Assembly: GCA_964525555.1 (NCBI GenBank)
Contig: CAZGHN010000006.1
Coordinates: 74,805 to 138,804 of the forward strand
Source of the DNA: an uncultured bacterium
GTDB taxonomy: Bacteria; Hydrothermota; UBA3072
Direction of reading: 5' to 3'
Length of the DNA: 64,000 bases
Position 1 is the stretch's first letter, and each line of letters starts with the position of its first letter. Of the stretch, positions 58,201 through 64,000 are shown piece after piece. The notes under the pieces are model-generated. The model saw nothing but the letters and a program-made list of their open reading frames with translations, ran no database searches and was not told the origin of the DNA. The position numbers were made by a program, and so were the translations under genes.

Positions 58201-60846
58201 TTCCTTTATTACATGCTCGCCAGGATCTCCTAATACCGAATCTTGTTTAAGCCTTCCTAACTGGTCGTAACAGTAGATTATAGTGCTTGAGTCCGAAGAA
58301 GAAGAAAAAGATTTTGCTTTTGCAATCCTGTCGAAATCGTCATATTTATATTTGTTTAAAACATCGCTGCCGATTTTATCCAGAGTAAGTCTTCCGTAAC
58401 AATCATATTCGAATTCTCTTGAAACTTCATTCTTATCAGTGTGCCCTATAAGTTGCCCATCCGAATTAAAGTCGAAGTCCTCTTTTGAGCCATCAGGATA
58501 TATTACTGTGTCAGGGAATACCTCATTAGAACAGTAATCGAATTGAGATTCCTCTCCCATGTAATCTCGCATTTTTACTAGATTCCCGCAAATGTCATAC
58601 CAGTATTCCTGTGTACGGGATTCGGAATTGTTTGTCCATTCTATTTTCTTGGTGAGGTTCCCGCGGATTTTAAAATCAGCACCAAAGTCTTCAGAATCAT
58701 GAAAACCCGGGTTAGAAATGTTGCTTAAATTAGTTTCATCATACCGAAAATAAGTTTTTCCTATTCTTTGTCCTGTAATTTTAAATTTGTGTATTGCTAT
58801 CGGAAGATTGCACAACACACGATGATGGAAATTCCAACCTCCTTCTCCACCATAGCAATCCTCACACCATTCTGCAAGCTCGATATATAGAGCATCTACT
58901 TCATGTTTAAAATGCTTTATCTCTTTCCAGCTGTCATCTAAATCCAGGTCCTCGTAAGAAATTTTTTCGTTATCAACCTTATCTAAGTCTAAGCCTGGCA
59001 TAATAGCTGTAGTAAATACAGTTAGCAAGTATGGAAAATCAAATTCTTCAATACTTTCCCATCCTATACCTGTACATTCCACATCCCCTCGATAAATGTA
59101 TTCTCTTATATTACCAAACCTATCATAACTGTTATATTCGTATAGTTCTACAATATCTCCAATACCTACCTCAAGATCAGATGGATCTTTCTGTACGGCT
59201 TTGCATTTCAATGTTGGGCGTAAATGAATTGGCGGCATAAACAAATAGAGACTATCTATTGCCCAATATAAACGCGTCAATTCTAAAGTGTCTCCTTCTT
59301 TATCAAATTTTACTACCTTGTAAGGTTTACCGTAAATAAATTTCCTTGCCTTAGGGATGACCCTTTCGGAGATTACCACCTCATCTCTACCTTCATGTTC
59401 GAAAAATCTGTAATGATCCCCATTCTCCAGATATTCATTATTAATATGCCAGTAAACTATACTATCTCCTTCGGGCATAACAACCGCGCATTTTTTATAC
59501 ATGGGATAATATCCAAATATTTGCGAATTTACCCCATGAGACCAATTATCTTTAAAATCTCCATGAGTACATTCCATTTCACCTACAGAACTCACCGCGA
59601 GTGAATCATGACCTGGATAATGATATTCATACACTAAAGTTTTGGAATCCTCAGAAAGAAAAACTTCTTTCTTTTTGATTCTGCGGTATTTGGTAGGCGC
59701 GGCGATGCCTGAGCCAGACACCGTCTCATACTCATAACTGTATTCCGCGCCGTCAGGAGTGATAAATCTGACGAGTTCCCCTGTATTATTATCATAAAAA
59801 AACTGATAAGAAGGTTTCATTTTTTGCCCTTCAAAATGAAAAGATATCGAATCCAGAAGTGCGTGTTCACGAACATACCAGTATTCAATTGCATCGTCTA
59901 AATGTTTAGCCGTATAGTAGAATTTAACCTTGTAACAACCATCGTTTATCCAATGAACTAAGCTATCAATAAGATAAAACTTATCCCAACAAGGCCTATC
60001 TGGGTAAATAGGGTCTAACATTTTAGGATAAAATTTACAGTGAGAGGTAGGAGTAATAATACTATCGGGGATTCTGCCAGCCGGAGGGCAAGGGGCCGCA
60101 TCCTGCCAGGTAAATCGCACATAATTGCCATTCCTGTCCTCCATCTCTGTTAGCATATAATCAAGTCTGCGTCTCTTCTCCGGTTCTGATGGGTACTCAG
60201 GATCGGGACCGTAATCCAGTATATTCTCGAAGGTATATTTATATTCTGGCGTTGCAACAAAAGCTCTAAGATTACTTGCGAAACCAATCCAATTTTTTTC
60301 ACCTAAAACATGCCACAACCAAGCATCAAAAACATTGAAAGTTTTTTGCACAGTGTAAAACTGCCCATTAATACACGTGAAACCCACATCGCCCGTAGCA
60401 ATATTGCCAGTTCCCGGGGATCCGGGAACAGAAAATTCTCCCGGCATTACATTCCAACCTAAACCACAGGTACCTATATCCCCAGTAACCAAAAAAGCAT
60501 CATTTAGCGCCACATTAGAATGCGAATAGCAATCACCTGGAGTGAGCTGCGTCACCGATAAGGGAGAACCTCGATAGGTTAAATATACATTATAATCTTT
60601 ATTTCCTCTCATTGGCAAACTTGTAAGTTTTATTTTGAGAGACACAGTCCCGTTTGAAACATCTATATTTTCCGCAACAGTATTAGTCGATATGGTCGTT
60701 TTGTTAAAACCTACCGAGTATGCATCAAAACCGTGTGAATACATATCCTCAGTAATTTCATCAGAGGTTTTTATTTCAAGCGAATCATAAGCGGCAAGGG
60801 GGTTAGCTACGGAACTCCCAATGTTGCCAAATAAAAATACTATCAT
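55249..60846 (-). CDS. rhs: full-length RHS/YD-repeat polymorphic toxin
   Basis: 1865 aa; many YD repeats (e.g. YEYDANGNLIEI); core end FYHLDRLGSPLMITDEDG...DPWGL followed by a ~230-aa unique C-terminal tip. Confidence 0.85.
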   Translation of the reverse strand: MIVFLFGNIGSSVANPLAAYDSLEIKTSDEITEDMYSHGFDAYSVGFNKTTISTNTVAENIDVSNGTVSLKIKLTSLPMRGNKDYNVYLTYRGSPLSVTQLTPGDCYSHSNVALNDAFLVTGDIGTCGLGWNVMPGEFSVPGSPGTGNIATGDVGFTCINGQFYTVQKTFNVFDAWLWHVLGEKNWIGFASNLRAFVATPEYKYTFENILDYGPDPEYPSEPEKRRRLDYMLTEMEDRNGNYVRFTWQDAAPCPPAGRIPDSIITPTSHCKFYPKMLDPIYPDRPCWDKFYLIDSLVHWINDGCYKVKFYYTAKHLDDAIEYWYVREHALLDSISFHFEGQKMKPSYQFFYDNNTGELVRFITPDGAEYSYEYETVSGSGIAAPTKYRRIKKKEVFLSEDSKTLVYEYHYPGHDSLAVSSVGEMECTHGDFKDNWSHGVNSQIFGYYPMYKKCAVVMPEGDSIVYWHINNEYLENGDHYRFFEHEGRDEVVISERVIPKARKFIYGKPYKVVKFDKEGDTLELTRLYWAIDSLYLFMPPIHLRPTLKCKAVQKDPSDLEVGIGDIVELYEYNSYDRFGNIREYIYRGDVECTGIGWESIEEFDFPYLLTVFTTAIMPGLDLDKVDNEKISYEDLDLDDSWKEIKHFKHEVDALYIELAEWCEDCYGGEGGWNFHHRVLCNLPIAIHKFKITGQRIGKTYFRYDETNLSNISNPGFHDSEDFGADFKIRGNLTKKIEWTNNSESRTQEYWYDICGNLVKMRDYMGEESQFDYCSNEVFPDTVIYPDGSKEDFDFNSDGQLIGHTDKNEVSREFEYDCYGRLTLDKIGSDVLNKYKYDDFDRIAKAKSFSSSSDSSTIIYCYDQLGRLKQDSVLGDPGEHVIKEYFYDNNGRMNKETALRFNSAANADTVKKTFDALGRVTEIEYPKSSEDPGAEFVTYEYNGNITDVRDEKGYYTTLINDATGSLVEVIDALDYHTYYDYDANGNLIEIEGAEGKFTDFNYNWLGELIRREGPDRGVDSFEYYPDGNLKLRRTNIGDSIYYTYDNLGRLKTKINPAIHDPAPDTLFYMVEDTLLYVPGKSWMYPHRELGRLYWDIEDANVMQDEGEEIRIRFNSKTWVFDPPNYFGICSLFVYFENPADTFGSEFTIQEGFSSINKTWQQDHSFLLYPGEDYIGNTICGMAIQHTDSAIPGYPAHGSQNWLDSIKSVLVITNDSLSYMFFPDTLEEYFYDNYTIKGTPYTAPSGLNFPKGRLTGFQNPNVREVYFYDKFGNLGEKLVIPLIGDIDEQTFKYSYDLWGRLTKLEYPDEYKVEYEYDKLGNISSVEINDYKTINLSSTAAGLLRGINFPGGITDTFAYRPRNWMYWMEIKNIPSANPYIAQFCYNKRGEVYQEVRHDDGPGDIVKSYQYDKLGRLTQDKKNIYYGRYPYIPGYTLIFTYDTVGNRKSVNSTNYTYYSGTNRLKNDGEFNYSYDENGRINGFTSVSEDASLTYDVDGNLVSLNSMETDRVYNYYYKGSQRIRQKITQYPAGTKEIFNYFYDIAGNLILEDDDSETTAPKRYIYAGNRLLATENDGDLHFYHLDRLGSPLMITDEDGNVVKERLYEAFGNLRWSNGTYNDNREFTGKEKDKTGFHYFGARYYSADIGRFFTPDPINLYPLLVNLERPQTLNPYVYCHNDPVNFFDPWGLEPTQIGDDIFLMDPIIVTASSMDPYHFFNYLGFYLGIYQGPTMQEAVNEFWRGQWPDYLNLTINLGSIIGYSINLKLDRYGNVYFGHGPQLGKSLIPLSGSLSAGTMCKMNRWRRAPTEDELSKCLTRKSIETAGGSIIGVQGDYFFGSGWTTEGGVYVPMLGATYYWDSGKIYRFEEIEW

Positions 60847-60943
60847 TAATAAATTCGTTTAATACCTCCTTACTAAATATTGTTTCCATAAAAATTAATT
60901 AACATGTTATAATTTTGATAATTTTAGTAACATTACAAAAATT

Positions 60944-60980
60944 ATTGTAGGGAAAATGAAACTTTTGTCAAGAGGTTTTT
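60944..60980 (-). promoter_or_regulatory. promoter GTGGCTAA-N9-TTGACA-N16-TACAAT for rhs
   Basis: Minus strand reading of 60980-60944. Confidence 0.45.
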
Positions 60981-60997
60981 TTAGCCACACCCACCAC

Positions 60998-61134
60998 CAA
61001 AAAACATTCACCACAGAGAACACAGAGAAAAAGAAAAAACACAGAGCACACTGAGAAAAAAACTATGTTTCGTGTTTTTAAAACCCAACCCACCTCAGTT
61101 AATTTTTCACATGTAGAACATGTAGAAATTGTAG
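60998..61134. repeat. ~137-bp interspersed element (family R2), copy upstream of rhs
   Basis: See 45044..45180. Confidence 0.8.
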
Positions 61135-61253
61135 ATACTGTGTTCTCTTTGATTATTTTACTAATTAACAAATATACTAATCAACCAATTAACAGATTCG
61201 AAGAATTTTTGAATCTAAATCAAAAGATGCAATTTTTTCTTAGGCGGTACCAA

Positions 61254-61826
61254 TTATCCTCCATGCATTTTTCTTGATTCTACAATTATTGTATCCGCGT
61301 TAATTATTATGTTTAGTCCTGTTTTTATTTTTTTAAGTTCGGCTCCCATATATTTTACATTTGGAGGATATTTGATCTGGTCGCCAAAATCAAAAATCCT
61401 CATTTTATATCCTTCTTTAGCATCACCAAATAAAACAAAATGAATTACAACTTCATCACCCGAATTAAAACAGGCAATATAATATAATTGGATTGCCCGC
61501 TGTCCTAAAACAGGCAGATATGAATCAAAAACAATCTCTTTTATACCTCCAGATTCCTCGAAGTAAACTTTTTCCATCGCATCTCTGAATTCTTCAAAAG
61601 TAAATTCTTTTAAAAGATCCGGATGAAATTGTAGAAAAACTTCTTTATAATTCTTATTGAAAAGTCCAAAAAGAACCTTGTTGGTAATCGTTACTGCCTT
61701 AAAAGTGTCGTGTTCCAGCTGGCGAACACAATGAGATAGGACAATGATGGACGAAATTAAGATTAAAATTATAAAAGAACACTTTTTCTTCATATATTTA
61801 GTATATTTAGGGTCAAATCGCGGCAT
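61254..61826 (-). CDS. secreted/lipoprotein-like hypothetical protein preceded by an rhs-core-like promoter module
   Basis: RBS AGGAGG 61835-61840; upstream 61853-61881 encodes HLDRLGHPY-stop, homologous to the rhs core segment. Confidence 0.5.
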   Translation of the reverse strand: MPRFDPKYTKYMKKKCSFIILILISSIIVLSHCVRQLEHDTFKAVTITNKVLFGLFNKNYKEVFLQFHPDLLKEFTFEEFRDAMEKVYFEESGGIKEIVFDSYLPVLGQRAIQLYYIACFNSGDEVVIHFVLFGDAKEGYKMRIFDFGDQIKYPPNVKYMGAELKKIKTGLNIIINADTIIVESRKMHGG

Positions 61827-62200
61827 TGCATTATCCTCCTTTTTTATTAATGATTTTAATAAGGGTGTCCAAGCCTGTCAAGATGGGTTGAATAAGGTTA
61901 GGTTGTTAGAAGGTTAGGTGGTTTCAAAAAAAATCCGATCCAACAGTGTTTTATAACTAGTTCCTGGTACCCGGTACCTGATATCTAAAATTGACCATAG
62001 AGATCGCAGAGATTTTTAAATGTTGGTCTGTTGATCTGTTAGTCTGTTTTTTCCCCACCTACACACTAACTTTATTTATCTTTTGACCCATGACTCAAGA
62101 CGCGGGACTCACCGACTCGGTTGAAATTGTCAAGCGTTGAGATTTACCCCCAATTATTTACGTATGTACCCTCGTCTATATGAGAAGATCGTCTCTCGTG

Positions 62201-62683
62201 TTATTTATACACTAAAATAAAAATCAAAATCTCCCAGAAAGGTACAGTTAAAATCAAAACAACGCTGGAGATCCTTAACCTTTTATTTTTTCTTTCTATT
62301 TCCTCCGTTATTTTTTCCCTTTTGCTTAACACTTCCGAAGAAAAATGATAACAAGAAATTCCACTTAAAAAAAGTGCTATGGTTAAAGGAAATATATACA
62401 TCATGAAACTTCCCGGAATATTACCGAACTCGGGGACAATATCTAATATCTCCTCAACACATATCAAAAGTATGATGTAAATAACCCCTATCGCCATAGG
62501 TATACTAACCAATTTATTGGTTATCCTTAAAAACTTTTTTACTTTTTCATTCCCTATAAAAGGAAAGAAAGGACGATATAGTTTCACAACAGCACCTACG
62601 TATTTATCTGCAAAGAAAAAGAAAGTTAAAAATAAAAGATAGAAACAGTAAATCCCTAAAGCGGCTAAGACTTTAATTGCCAT
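62201..62683 (-). CDS. four-TM membrane protein immediately after an rhs toxin tip (candidate immunity protein)
   Basis: 160 aa with several hydrophobic helices; begins 4 nt after the stop of 62687.. Confidence 0.5.
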   Translation of the reverse strand: MAIKVLAALGIYCFYLLFLTFFFFADKYVGAVVKLYRPFFPFIGNEKVKKFLRITNKLVSIPMAIGVIYIILLICVEEILDIVPEFGNIPGSFMMYIFPLTIALFLSGISCYHFSSEVLSKREKITEEIERKNKRLRISSVVLILTVPFWEILIFILVYK

Positions 62684-62686
62684 TTA

Positions 62687-64000
62687 TTATTTTCCCTCCC
62701 ATACAATAAAGGCAGAGGCGCCTAAACCACCGACAACAAAGACTCCTGACTCCACATAAAATCCACTCCACCATGGGTTAGCGGGACCCCAACCCACCTG
62801 AGTACCTAAAACAAATCCTGCTTGAACACTTATGTTCAAACCAGGAGAAGGCTCCTTATAGCCATCATTTACCATTACCATGGCACCCGGAGGTATACTT
62901 ACACTTGGAGAGATCCCAAGATAATAATATGGTTTTCCATCGTCAGTGATTATTTTTCCTCCAGTAATTATTACTACACTTACACCTAAATCTACGTAAT
63001 CAACCGAAGGATCCTCCTCAAAGTGCTTGGCAAACGTTGCCCAGTCTGGATCCTTTTTTGTATCGTCTTGACCCTTTTCATTAAAAACACCCGTCTGAGC
63101 ATTAGTACTGGTATTATCAGCAGCAACAAAAGCCCAGGAAGGGTTATCGAAATACATAATTGAACCAGACCCATACTGATTAATTATATCCTGCTGCCTT
63201 TTATAATCCCAATACGCAATGGGATCTTCTTCATAGCTTATTGGTGACTCTTGTAATCCTAATAAATCCACATATTTAAGTGGGCTATTTCTACAGTAAA
63301 TATACGGATTTAAACTCTGTGGAATTGCCAATGTAAGCCCAGCGGGCGTAAGCGTATGCGGATCAGGGATCAGGAATCTTCCGATGTCGCCGCTGTAATA
63401 TCTCGCGCCGAAGTAATGAAATCCTGTCGGGTCTTTTTCCTTTCCCGTGAATTCTCGGTTATCTTCGAGTGTACCTGAAGAAGATACTAAGTTACCAAAT
63501 GCTTCGTATTCTCTCCGTTTTACCACAATACCATTCTCATCTGTAATCATAATCGGAGAACCAAGACGGTTAAGATGATAGAAATGAAGCTCTCCGTCGA
63601 TTTCGGATGCAAGGAGACGGTTTCCAGCATAATAGTATTTCGTTTCAGGTGTTCGCTCGGTTCCCGATTCACATCTGGCGTTATCAACCCATAGTTGTCC
63701 ACTTCCTAACATTCTTGCTATATGAAATTTGAAATTAACCGCGCCGGAAGGTATATCTCCAGGATTTATCGTTACTGAAATCTTTTGCCAGTTATGTGTG
63801 CCTGTTATTATTGCCGATGATTTGCCTCCATAACTCTGAGACCAATCCTCACTCCAGAAATCGACCATTACCTTCACTCCTCCCGATAAATTCTTAGTCT
63901 TTACCCAGACGGAAGCGGTAAAGGATTTTTTTACCTTTGATAATGAAAATTGCTGTATCATGAGTTCCATTGTGCCCATCGTTTGAAAATATGGGGAGTA
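62687..64000 (-). CDS. rhs: RHS toxin C-terminal region (CBM4/9-like domain, core end, unique tip); N-terminus beyond window end
   Basis: Frame open to nt 64000 (YSPYFQTMGTMELMIQQ parallels the orphan cassettes); HFYHLNRLGSP...VDLLGL then a unique ~200-aa tip. Confidence 0.7.
   Translation of the reverse strand, partial: YSPYFQTMGTMELMIQQFSLSKVKKSFTASVWVKTKNLSGGVKVMVDFWSEDWSQSYGGKSSAIITGTHNWQKISVTINPGDIPSGAVNFKFHIARMLGSGQLWVDNARCESGTERTPETKYYYAGNRLLASEIDGELHFYHLNRLGSPIMITDENGIVVKRREYEAFGNLVSSSGTLEDNREFTGKEKDPTGFHYFGARYYSGDIGRFLIPDPHTLTPAGLTLAIPQSLNPYIYCRNSPLKYVDLLGLQESPISYEEDPIAYWDYKRQQDIINQYGSGSIMYFDNPSWAFVAADNTSTNAQTGVFNEKGQDDTKKDPDWATFAKHFEEDPSVDYVDLGVSVVIITGGKIITDDGKPYYYLGISPSVSIPPGAMVMVNDGYKEPSPGLNISVQAGFVLGTQVGWGPANPWWSGFYVESGVFVVGGLGASAFIVWEGK

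Noticed and set aside
60790-60846. N-terminus of rhs 55249..60846 as a classical Sec signal peptide or PAAR domain
   Set aside because: Hydrophobic N-terminus lacks a basic n-region and no PAAR/VgrG context is visible; secretion route left undetermined
1-64000. Alternative genetic code (UGA recoding)
   Set aside because: Long uninterrupted ORFs with expected domain order under the standard bacterial code; no in-frame TGA needed to complete conserved proteins

Overview
64-kb AT-rich chromosomal segment from a diderm bacterium; Lol lipoprotein export genes and T9SS-type C-terminal sorting domains suggest an FCB-group-like lineage (inference). Core content: thiamine genes (thi4, thiE, thiL), a four-subunit pyruvate/2-oxoacid:ferredoxin oxidoreductase operon that runs straight into an MglB/MglA-like pair, a glycosyl-glycerate-type glycosyltransferase/HAD cluster, purB, purM, tsaD, hup, a lolCD-mcsAB-clpC-parAB gene string, M23 peptidase-bactofilin, rph, rluD and topA. 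Two accessory regions stand out. (1) 2.0-6.3 kb: operon of a TM protein, an MBL-fold hydrolase and an E2/E1/JAB triple-fusion protein (ubiquitin-like conjugation machinery with no evident Ubl or cyclase partner) - the best candidate for an undescribed system. (2) 45.4-64 kb: an rhs polymorphic-toxin locus with one complete and one window-truncated rhs gene, three start-less orphan C-terminal toxin cassettes (one with an L,D-transpeptidase-fold tip) and candidate immunity genes (small TM proteins, PD40-propeller lipoproteins). Several families of interspersed intergenic repeats recur (CACAGAG boxes, ~145-bp elements flanking secreted-protein genes, TTCAAAAT oligo-repeats, G/C tracts next to TTGACA boxes). 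No rRNA, tRNA or CRISPR array was found. All calls rest on motif reading of the supplied ORF translations and the raw sequence; no database search was run.
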